From a bacterium (GTDB lineage: Bacteria; Cyanobacteriota; Vampirovibrionia; Gastranaerophilales; JBAXKC01): a stretch of DNA of 50,379 bases. Both the position numbers and the translations under genes were made by a program. The stretch is taken from contig JBAXKC010000021.1 in NCBI GenBank assembly GCA_037137535.1, positions 1 to 50,379 on the forward strand, given 5' to 3'. Positions 11,800 to 20,530 of the stretch are shown here, in pieces (position 1 is the first letter of the stretch; each line of letters opens with the position of its first letter). Below the pieces are notes generated by a model, which did not search any database, was not told where the DNA came from, and was given only the letters and a program-made list of their open reading frames with translations.

Positions 11800-14589
11800 T
11801 TACTTTTTATTTTTCCCGCAACATTTTTTATATCTTAATCCACTTCCGCATGGGCAAACTGTATTTTTGTCGATATTAATGACTTTACCGTCTTCTTCAT
11901 CATCATCTTCAGAAAGATCAAGGTCTCGGATTAAATCCGTATAAATAGGCTCACCGTTCATATCAACAATCTGAATTTCAAATTTGGAGCGGAAAAGATA
12001 AGCAACCGTTTCTCTTTGAATTTGCCTCATCATTGTATTAAAGAGATCAAAAGCTTCACGCTTATATTCAATTAAAGGATCTTTTTGTCCATAAGCTCTT
12101 AATCCTATGCCTTCTTTTAATAAATCAATATTATGAAGATGATCAACCCATTTTGTATCGACAATTCTTAAAAGAATATCACGCTCTAACGATCTCATAA
12201 TATTATCTTTTTGACCATATGCCTGACGCTCAATCTGCTCATTTTCATGAGTTGTTGTAGACATCACTTCATTATAATGATAAATTATCTCGTTTTCATG
12301 AGTTTTATATGCCTCAAGAGCCATATTTTTGATTTTTTCGCATACCTGACTGTACTTTAATCCTTTAATATCAGCAGCATCTAAATTTTCTATCTGAGGA
12401 ATTACAGATTTAATCATCATTACAATAGATTCTAAATCTTCATCTAAATACTCAGCAGGAGGAGCTTCTGGAATAAGATAAGTTCCTACAATACTTTCTG
12501 CTTCTTTTTCAATCATAAAGACAATATCTTGATAAATATTTTCACCTTCAATAACTTTTCTTCTTTGTTTATAGAAAAGTTCTCTTTGTTGATTCATTAC
12601 GTCATCATATTCAAGAACTTGCTTTCTCATATCAAAATGATAAGTTTCAACTTTTTTCTGAGCATTTTGAATAGTTCTGCTTACTATAGAAGATTCAATC
12701 GCTGTATCCTCATCAATACCAAGAGTAGTCATAAGCATGGTAACTTTATCGCCGCCAAATATTCTCATAAGGTTATCTTCAAGTGATAAGAAAAACCTCG
12801 TACTACCGGGATCACCCTGTCTACCTGCTCTACCACGCAATTGATTATCAATACGTCTTGATTCATGTCGTTCTGTGCCGATTACATATAATCCACCTGC
12901 CGCAACAACTTCTTCATGCTCTTTTTGAGTAATAACATAAGCATCTTCAAGGCATTTATTTTTAATTTTTTCATATTCTTCAGCAGAAGTATTCTCGTGA
13001 GTTATATTTTTTTCAACCATCATATCTCTTGCAAGATATTCAGCATTACCACCAAGAAGAATATCAGTTCCTCTGCCTGCCATGTTTGTAGCAATAGTAA
13101 TAGCGCCTTTTCTTCCTGCTTGAGCAATGATATATGCTTCATTTTCGTGCTTTTTAGCATTTAAAACATGGTGATTTAAACCTTTTCTTTTCAATAACTC
13201 AGAAATATATTCAGATTTTTCAATACTGACTGTACCTACAAGAATAGGACGTCCGCTTTTATGAAATTCTTCGATTTCGTCAACAACAGCATCATATTTT
13301 TTCTTTTCAGTTTTATAAATAATATCTGCATGGTCAACTCTGATATCATTTTTATTAGTAGGAATTGCAGCAACTTCAAGACTGTAAATTTTTCCAAATT
13401 CTGCTTCCTCTGTTAAAGCAGTACCTGTCATACCTGACAATTTAGGATAAATTCTAAACAGATTCTGGAAAGTAATACTAGCCATAGTCTGCGTTTCATC
13501 TTGAATAGGAACGTTTTCTTTTGCTTCAACAGCCTGATGAAGTCCATCGCTCCATCTTCTGCCGTCCATAAGTCGCCCTGTAAACTCGTCTACAATAATA
13601 ATTTCACCATTTTTAATAACATAATCAATGTCTTTTCTATAAATTTCTTTTGCTTTTATTGCATGGATTAAATAATGAGCATATTGATGAGAAGGATCAA
13701 AAAGGTCAGGAACTTTTAACAGTTCTTGAGCTTTATCTATCCCTTCTTCAGTAAGCACAATATTTTTCTGTTTTTCTTCTAAAGTATAATCAAGGTCTTT
13801 AATAAGCATAGGAGCTAAACTAGCCATTACTTTATATGTTTCAGCCGATCTTTCAAGCCTTCCGCTAATAATAAGAGGTGTTCTTGCTTCATCAATTAAT
13901 ATACTGTCAACTTCATCGATAATTGCATGATAAAAAGGACGTTGAACGCATTGTTCAAGGCTTCCTGCCATATTATCCCTTAAATAATCAAAACCAAATT
14001 CATTATTAGTTCCATAAGTAATATCCGCAGCATAAGCAGCTTTTTTTCTTTCAAACTCATCATGTGATCTATCAGAAAGAACGAGTCCGACCGTAAGTCC
14101 TAAAAACTTATAAATACGACCCATCCACTCGCTGTCACGCTTTGCAAGATAATCATTTACGGTAACGACATGAACGCCTTTTCCTGCAAGAGCATTTAAA
14201 TACGCAGGCAAAGTAGCAACAAGAGTTTTCCCCTCGCCGGTTCTCATCTCGGCAATTTGCCCCTGATGCAAAACTATTCCGCCAATTAACTGAACGTCAA
14301 AATGACGCATATTTAAAACTCTTTTACCTGCTTCTCTAACTACTGCAAAAGCTTCGGGTAAAATCTGCTCAAGGATTTCTTTTTCCAATTCTCTATCTTT
14401 AACCGGATCAGAATCTTTTTTACGATTAGCTATTCTTTGTTTAAATTCCGCTGTTTTTGCACGAAGTGCTTCATCGCTTAATGCAATCATATCTGGTTCT
14501 AAAGCGTTGATATAATCAACAACAGGCAGTATTTTTTTAATTTTTCTATCGTTTGGATCCCCAAAGACTTTTAGCAGCAAGTTAATCAT
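11800..14589 (-). CDS. secA: Preprotein translocase ATPase SecA
   Basis: MRTGEGKT, DEVDSILIDEARTPLIISG, QLRGRAGRQGDPG, C-terminal SEC-C motif CPCGSGLRYKKCCG. Confidence 0.98.
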   Translation of the reverse strand: MINLLLKVFGDPNDRKIKKILPVVDYINALEPDMIALSDEALRAKTAEFKQRIANRKKDSDPVKDRELEKEILEQILPEAFAVVREAGKRVLNMRHFDVQLIGGIVLHQGQIAEMRTGEGKTLVATLPAYLNALAGKGVHVVTVNDYLAKRDSEWMGRIYKFLGLTVGLVLSDRSHDEFERKKAAYAADITYGTNNEFGFDYLRDNMAGSLEQCVQRPFYHAIIDEVDSILIDEARTPLIISGRLERSAETYKVMASLAPMLIKDLDYTLEEKQKNIVLTEEGIDKAQELLKVPDLFDPSHQYAHYLIHAIKAKEIYRKDIDYVIKNGEIIIVDEFTGRLMDGRRWSDGLHQAVEAKENVPIQDETQTMASITFQNLFRIYPKLSGMTGTALTEEAEFGKIYSLEVAAIPTNKNDIRVDHADIIYKTEKKKYDAVVDEIEEFHKSGRPILVGTVSIEKSEYISELLKRKGLNHHVLNAKKHENEAYIIAQAGRKGAITIATNMAGRGTDILLGGNAEYLARDMMVEKNITHENTSAEEYEKIKNKCLEDAYVITQKEHEEVVAAGGLYVIGTERHESRRIDNQLRGRAGRQGDPGSTRFFLSLEDNLMRIFGGDKVTMLMTTLGIDEDTAIESSIVSRTIQNAQKKVETYHFDMRKQVLEYDDVMNQQRELFYKQRRKVIEGENIYQDIVFMIEKEAESIVGTYLIPEAPPAEYLDEDLESIVMMIKSVIPQIENLDAADIKGLKYSQVCEKIKNMALEAYKTHENEIIYHYNEVMSTTTHENEQIERQAYGQKDNIMRSLERDILLRIVDTKWVDHLHNIDLLKEGIGLRAYGQKDPLIEYKREAFDLFNTMMRQIQRETVAYLFRSKFEIQIVDMNGEPIYTDLIRDLDLSEDDDEEDGKVINIDKNTVCPCGSGLRYKKCCGKNKK

Positions 14590-14644
14590 ATATATTACCT
14601 TTAAACAAAATTAGTCTAGTTTATTATTCAACTAAATTTTACCA

Positions 14645-14671
14645 TAATCTGACGTTTTTTTATGCCGAATT
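14645..14671 (+). promoter_or_regulatory. Possible sigma-28-type promoter for motAB
   Basis: TAAT-N15-GCCGAATT versus consensus TAAA-N15-GCCGATAA. Confidence 0.35.
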
Positions 14672-14794
14672 GCATTATCCCTATAATAAACAAAGAGAAT
14701 AATTTACGGTTAGTGTAACTGTATGATTATTTATTATCCTAAATAAGGTTTAATATAAGATATTAGGACAATAAGCTATAATCTGGAGAGTATA

Positions 14795-15583
14795 ATGGAC
14801 TTAACCTCTTGTATCGGAGTTGTATTCGGAATAATCTGTATCCTCGTTGCGCAAGCAATGGAAGGCGGTAATATAGGTCAACTTATGCAGATTACCGCTG
14901 CAATTATCGTATTTGGGGGAACTGCGGGTGCAGTAATGTTAAGTTTTCCAGGCGAAGACCTTATGAATGCTCTAAAATCAGTACAGTTGATCTTTTTTGG
15001 AGCGAACGTTGATTTTGAAAAAATAATTGTAGAACTTATAGGCTATGCAACAAAAGCAAGAAAAGAAGGTGTAATTGTTCTTGAAAAAGAAGCAAAAAAC
15101 GCCAGCGATCCACTTTTAAGAACAGGTCTTGAAGCAGTAAGTGACGGAGCTGACCCTGTTCTCGTCAGAGATCTTATGGAAACACAATTATCTCAACTTG
15201 AAGAACAATCTGCCCGTGTTTCTAAAGTTTGGGAATCAGCAGGAGGATATACCCCGACAGTAGGAATTATCGGTGCGGTACTCGGCTTGATTCAGGTTAT
15301 GAATAACCTTGCCGATCCAAGTAAACTTGGAGCAGGTATTGCGGTTGCTTTCGTTGCGACTGTTTATGGTGTAGGATCAGCAAACCTTATTTTTATTCCG
15401 ATGGGATCAAAAGTAAAATGGAAAAGCAAAAAATTATTTATTGCAAAAGAAATAATGATAGAAGGCATACTTTCAATTCAAGCGGGAGAAAGTCCTGCGT
15501 TAATTGAAAGAAAACTTAGAGCCTTTATTATTGATAAAAATCAAACAAGTGCGAAAGGTGATGCTGCTGAAGCGAAAGCGTAG
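14795..15583 (+). CDS. motA: Flagellar stator MotA
   Basis: Multiple TM segments, ARKEGVIVLE, PTVGIIGAVLGLI, AVAFVATVYG. Confidence 0.93.
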   Translation: MDLTSCIGVVFGIICILVAQAMEGGNIGQLMQITAAIIVFGGTAGAVMLSFPGEDLMNALKSVQLIFFGANVDFEKIIVELIGYATKARKEGVIVLEKEAKNASDPLLRTGLEAVSDGADPVLVRDLMETQLSQLEEQSARVSKVWESAGGYTPTVGIIGAVLGLIQVMNNLADPSKLGAGIAVAFVATVYGVGSANLIFIPMGSKVKWKSKKLFIAKEIMIEGILSIQAGESPALIERKLRAFIIDKNQTSAKGDAAEAKA

Positions 15584-15585
15584 AT

Positions 15586-16653
15586 ATGGGAAAGAAAAAA
15601 CACGCAGAAGAACATGAAAACCTTGAAAGATGGCTGGTATCGTATGCAGACTTTATTACCTTACTGTTTGCAACTTTCGTAGCTCTATATGCACTTGCGC
15701 AAGTTGACCTTCAAAAACTTAAAAAATCCAGTGCATCAATAGAAAAAGCAAGAGATTCAATAGTAAAAGCCTTGAACCCGACTTCAAGCAATAATGACGG
15801 ATTATTAAACGAAGGACAAACCATTCTTGACAGCGGAGCAAACCCCAGCTCTCTTCTTATACTTGAGCCGATACTTGATGCATATCGTGCAACTCAAGAA
15901 GAACGTCTATATCAGGAATCAAAAGACGAATTAGACAAAGAAATAAAAAAAGAAGGCCTTGAAGGTCTTAATGTAACAATAAATCAAAGAGGACTTGTAA
16001 TAGATTTTCTTGAAACATTGTTATTTCAATCAGGACAAGCCTCAATAAAACCTAATTCATATAAAGTTCTCAATAATGTAGGAACTTTAATAAAGACAAA
16101 ATTTCCAAAAAGCATCGTAAGAGTTGAAGGACATACTGATAATATTCCTATACATACAGCAACTTATCCTTCAAATTGGGAACTTTCAGCCGCAAGAGCT
16201 TCAAGTGTATTAAGGTACATCCTTTCAACCCATACCCTGAATAAAGAAAATTTTTCAGCGGTAGGATATGGTGACAGTCACCCTAAATCACCAAATTTAA
16301 CGCAAGAAGGCAGAAATGCAAACCGAAGGGTTGAAATAGTGGTTCTAAGATCAAGCCAATCAAAATTTGAACCAAAAGCAGAATTCCATGAACCTAAATT
16401 TGAAAATGCTGAAAAACAACAGACAAATAATGAAAATAAACCTAAAACAGACGAAGTTAAACCAACAATTCCAGCCGTATCAAATTCAGGTGGATTAAGT
16501 AAAGCCGCTCTTGAATTATTAAACAGCAACGGAAAAAAATCAAAAAAAGAAGATGTCTTAATGCTCAAAGATAACTACGATATGCAATCAGTTCAGTATA
16601 AAAACAAGTTAAAACAAATAGAAAACGGGAAATCTTCTTCTTCCAATGAATAA
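15586..16653 (+). CDS. motB: Flagellar stator MotB with C-terminal extension
   Basis: ERWLVSYADFITLL, OmpA-like VEGHTDN...SNWELSAARA...NRRVEI. Confidence 0.93.
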   Translation: MGKKKHAEEHENLERWLVSYADFITLLFATFVALYALAQVDLQKLKKSSASIEKARDSIVKALNPTSSNNDGLLNEGQTILDSGANPSSLLILEPILDAYRATQEERLYQESKDELDKEIKKEGLEGLNVTINQRGLVIDFLETLLFQSGQASIKPNSYKVLNNVGTLIKTKFPKSIVRVEGHTDNIPIHTATYPSNWELSAARASSVLRYILSTHTLNKENFSAVGYGDSHPKSPNLTQEGRNANRRVEIVVLRSSQSKFEPKAEFHEPKFENAEKQQTNNENKPKTDEVKPTIPAVSNSGGLSKAALELLNSNGKKSKKEDVLMLKDNYDMQSVQYKNKLKQIENGKSSSSNE

Positions 16654-16668
16654 TTCATTATAGGATTT

Positions 16669-17505
16669 CTAAATATATTTTAACGAATCATTTTCATGAA
16701 ACACTTCTTGTTTTATAGCGTTTTTATTATCGGATTTAACCTGATACATTAATATATCAGAAACTTTAAGCATTACATCAGTGGAATCAGGCGGATTAAT
16801 AAAGGTTGCAAGCCCAATACTGAAAGTAACAGGATATTTCGCTTTTTCCATTTTATATAATAATAAATCTCTAAGTTTATTCAGAACTTTTAGTGAATTT
16901 TCAGGACTGGCTCCGGTTAATAAAAGAGCAAATTCATCCCCACCAAGTCTTGCCACAAAATCTGTTTTTCTTATGTTGTTCTTAATGGTATTAGCAACAA
17001 TAGAAAGAACTTTATTCCCTTCTTCATGCCCCATTTTATCATTTACTGCTTTAAAATTATCACAATCAATATATGCCAAAGATAAAACAGAAGGGACTCT
17101 TTTCGCTCTATTAATTTCTATTTCAAGTATTTCTGCAAAACCTTTAGAGTTAATTGCACCTGTTAAAAAATCAACTCTTGATAATGTTTTTTCATTATCA
17201 AATGCTAATTTAACTCTTAAAACAAGGTAAGTTATTAAATAAAAATTTATTGAATCGAGAATTAAGTCCCAACAAGAATAATAAAACATTGAGTGATTTG
17301 CTTCAATAAATCTTATTGTTGAAGCCATTATCACCGCTAAAGTGGCTATAAAGTAGGCAGGTCTTTTATTTAAAAACCAAGCTCCAAAAATTATAGGAAT
17401 CAAATAAAATTCGGTAATTGTAAGTTTAGTTCCTGTTATATAATCCATATATGTAATAAAAAACAGAAGTCCAATAACAACTATTATAATTTTGCTCTTT
17501 GTCAT
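16669..17505 (-). CDS. Membrane-bound diguanylate cyclase
   Basis: N-terminal TM segments, RKTD I-site, ARLGGDEF. Confidence 0.9.
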   Translation of the reverse strand: MTKSKIIIVVIGLLFFITYMDYITGTKLTITEFYLIPIIFGAWFLNKRPAYFIATLAVIMASTIRFIEANHSMFYYSCWDLILDSINFYLITYLVLRVKLAFDNEKTLSRVDFLTGAINSKGFAEILEIEINRAKRVPSVLSLAYIDCDNFKAVNDKMGHEEGNKVLSIVANTIKNNIRKTDFVARLGGDEFALLLTGASPENSLKVLNKLRDLLLYKMEKAKYPVTFSIGLATFINPPDSTDVMLKVSDILMYQVKSDNKNAIKQEVFHENDSLKYI

Positions 17506-17552
17506 ATCCTCTTCCTTTTTTCAAGCCACTCTTTCTTTTAATTTGTTTTAAA

Positions 17553-17918
17553 TTAAATTGTTTCAGTAAGCGTAACGCTGACAATTCCTGCATCTTGACT
17601 GATTAAACTTACAATAATTTTATTTAGACCATTTTTTAAATTATCAGCACCTTCTAAAAGAAGAGTGCCTTCCTGATTTAATTTAAATAACAAAGGATTG
17701 TCAGGGGTAATTGTTTCAGCAATTATGCTCTTTCCTAATGTAATAATTTTAATAACCTCAGATTTATAAAGACTCTCATTAACTGTTATTGAATTAAAAC
17801 CCGTAATAGTTGCATGCCCGAGAAAATTTTTGAGATCGAAAGCAATACCTTCATCTGTTTTTCTTAAACTACCCTTTTTATAAACCCTTTTAACCAAAAA
17901 AGATGGAAATATAGTCAA
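17553..17918 (-). CDS. Small beta-rich hypothetical protein (TTG start)
   Basis: AAGGAG RBS; 13 nt after the GH35 stop. Confidence 0.75.
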   Translation of the reverse strand: MTIFPSFLVKRVYKKGSLRKTDEGIAFDLKNFLGHATITGFNSITVNESLYKSEVIKIITLGKSIIAETITPDNPLLFKLNQEGTLLLEGADNLKNGLNKIIVSLISQDAGIVSVTLTETI

Positions 17919-17931
17919 GATAATCTCCTTT

Positions 17932-20415
17932 TTAAGATTCTAACAGCTCTGTAATACTTATAAGCTCATAACACCTTATAGGCTCTATCTTTATATTAAC
18001 ATTCATTTTTGCAGAATTATAGTCTTTTAAGTGTTGATATTCATGATTTGTAGGAATAATTAATAATTCAATTTTATTATTAACGGTTAAAAATTCTTCG
18101 GGCAAATAAAAATACGGCTGCGGTGAAAATTCTTTTATATATTGAGCAATTTTAATTCCATTAAAATAAATTGACAGATTTTGAAAAGGCAAATCAATAA
18201 ATTTTAAAACTAAAGGACAAAATTTATTAAGAACCTCTGGTGCATTAAATTTAGCAGAAAATTTAAAAGCTTGACCCTCATTTGAGTTTAATTCAAAGTG
18301 GTTTATTCCCTTAATTTTCCATTCAATTTTATTTTGTGGAATTGTGTCAAAAATCAGTAATCCTCTCGGAGAGTTCACATCGAGATTAAAACCTTTATCA
18401 AATCCCAAATTTTGAACTAATAAAGTAATTTCATTTTGTTTATCGCTATATTGAACACTCTCATCAAGATCAAAACTTATAGTTTCTTCCTGATTTAACG
18501 AATAATTTTCAAAAATTCTTTTTCCATTTAAAAATATAATTATGTTATGCTTTGCGATAAATTCACAACTCTTTAGTATTCCGTCATAATTACCTTTATA
18601 AATAATAAATTCATCATAAATATTATTTTTAATACAATCAAAAGAATTATCGTTAATATTTTGCCAATCAACAAAATTATAATTATTATCAAGCTCAGGA
18701 ATAATTTTTTTCACTTCCCAATTTTCAATTAAACTATTTGGAAAATTACACTCCGAAACAGTCAAATTTACATTCTTTTTAATATCTGATGCAGTATCTA
18801 AAACAATAAGTTCTTTGTTTTTCTCTATTCCGATAACTTGATTATTACTTGTGACAAGCTCAGGACCTATAACTAACTTATCATTTATTATCCAACTATA
18901 TTTAACCATTTCAGCAGGTAAAACCGTTATTTTAGTTATTTTATTTCCTTTTTTAAACTCAAAAGTTTTTAAATCTGTCGAATTATCCTCAATAATTAAT
19001 TGCAATTTATCATCAATAGTGGTAAAAGGGAAATTTCTTGAATCAAAATCATCATAATCAGAAACTTCTATAAATCCACCCTTATCAGCCATAAAAAATA
19101 TAGTTTCATAATTTTCATCAGTTCTGATAGCACCAAAAATTTCCAAAGAAGAAAAAGCAATCTTACACGCATTTAAATTTAACCCTAAAGGTAAAATCTT
19201 CATTTCATAAGAATCAATAGCAAATTCATAATTTTTAAAAGTTATAATTTCTACTTTATCGTTTAAATTTCTGAGAAAAAGCCAATGACTATTATTCAAA
19301 TTATCTTTTCTTAATTTATGATACAGCTTTTCACTATTCTCACATATAAAAGTATATTGCACGCTTACAGCTTCAGTTTCAGATAAATTAAAAGCATTTA
19401 AGAAATAATTAATTTCTTTAGCTTTAAAATAATTTTCACCTAACAGACCTTCTTCTGAAATGGAAGCTGCAAAATCATACGAAGAGTAGACTTCATCACA
19501 AGGCAAACATCCCCATGAAGTGCCACCAACTCCTAAATAATGATTTAATAAGGTGACTCCCTGCGATAAAGCAGATTTAGTAATAATATTTATATGTTTT
19601 TCCGCAAAAAGTTCTCTGATTTTGTCATATCCAATTCCATTCCATTTATCAAACCAGCCTGCTTGAAGTTCTGAAATAAAAAGAGGCGATGTTTCTGTAT
19701 AAAGCCTGATCATTTCTTCAAGATTATCTAAAACTTCAAATTGCTCGGGAAATTGTCTCCAGTCATTTGAAATATTTATAGTCGGATAAGCATCAACAGC
19801 ATATATATCAACAATATCAGCATATAATCCCGCATAAAACGGATCATTATGAAATATCGGAACATTAATTCCCGTTTCTTTTACAATATTATAAAGCTCT
19901 TGTATGTATTCAGGCTCAGCCTCATCTGAAGAAAATTCATTTTCAACTTGAAAAAGAATAATATTATTATAATTTTTTAAAATTTCTATTATCTGAAAAT
20001 ACCAATCTTTCACAAGAGAAATAAATTTTTCAGAATATTGAAACTCAAAACCGCTACGACATCTTATAACAAGATCATCCCTGTTAAATAACCAGAAAGG
20101 AAGCCCACCGCCAGAAACTTCTGCATTTATATATGGCCCTGGTCTTGCTGTAACGTATAGTTCTAATTCTTTAGCGATATGAAGAAGTTTTCTAATATCT
20201 TTTTTGCCAGTGAAATCATAGCAACCTTCTTTATCGCTATGATATGCCCAGTTAAAATACAAATCAACCGTATTATATCCTGCCGCTTTAATTTTACTTA
20301 ACCTGTCATACCAGACTTTTTCATCAGGATTTCTGAAATAATGAAAAGCAGAACTTTTTATAAAAGTTCGCTTTCCATCTATAATCAAAGAATAGTTATC
20401 AAAATTAACAGTCAT
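17932..20415 (-). CDS. Beta-galactosidase-like glycoside hydrolase, family GH35 (no signal peptide)
   Basis: FHYFR, ARPGPYINAE, QVENE (acid/base), SELQAGWF (nucleophile), SSYDFAASI. Confidence 0.9.
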   Translation of the reverse strand: MTVNFDNYSLIIDGKRTFIKSSAFHYFRNPDEKVWYDRLSKIKAAGYNTVDLYFNWAYHSDKEGCYDFTGKKDIRKLLHIAKELELYVTARPGPYINAEVSGGGLPFWLFNRDDLVIRCRSGFEFQYSEKFISLVKDWYFQIIEILKNYNNIILFQVENEFSSDEAEPEYIQELYNIVKETGINVPIFHNDPFYAGLYADIVDIYAVDAYPTINISNDWRQFPEQFEVLDNLEEMIRLYTETSPLFISELQAGWFDKWNGIGYDKIRELFAEKHINIITKSALSQGVTLLNHYLGVGGTSWGCLPCDEVYSSYDFAASISEEGLLGENYFKAKEINYFLNAFNLSETEAVSVQYTFICENSEKLYHKLRKDNLNNSHWLFLRNLNDKVEIITFKNYEFAIDSYEMKILPLGLNLNACKIAFSSLEIFGAIRTDENYETIFFMADKGGFIEVSDYDDFDSRNFPFTTIDDKLQLIIEDNSTDLKTFEFKKGNKITKITVLPAEMVKYSWIINDKLVIGPELVTSNNQVIGIEKNKELIVLDTASDIKKNVNLTVSECNFPNSLIENWEVKKIIPELDNNYNFVDWQNINDNSFDCIKNNIYDEFIIYKGNYDGILKSCEFIAKHNIIIFLNGKRIFENYSLNQEETISFDLDESVQYSDKQNEITLLVQNLGFDKGFNLDVNSPRGLLIFDTIPQNKIEWKIKGINHFELNSNEGQAFKFSAKFNAPEVLNKFCPLVLKFIDLPFQNLSIYFNGIKIAQYIKEFSPQPYFYLPEEFLTVNNKIELLIIPTNHEYQHLKDYNSAKMNVNIKIEPIRCYELISITELLES

Positions 20416-20530
20416 TTATAAACCTTATATTGATTTTAATGAATAGCCGCTAAAAAATAAGCCTATCAAGATAATTATTTATATTCTTTAATTAGTATAA
20501 TTTATATTTCGTATTTTTCAAATAGCAAAT

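Noticed and set aside
14795-16653. motAB as Zorya zorAB or ExbBD/TolQR
   Set aside because: Canonical flagellar MotA length and MotB motifs; no ZorA tail and no zorCDE
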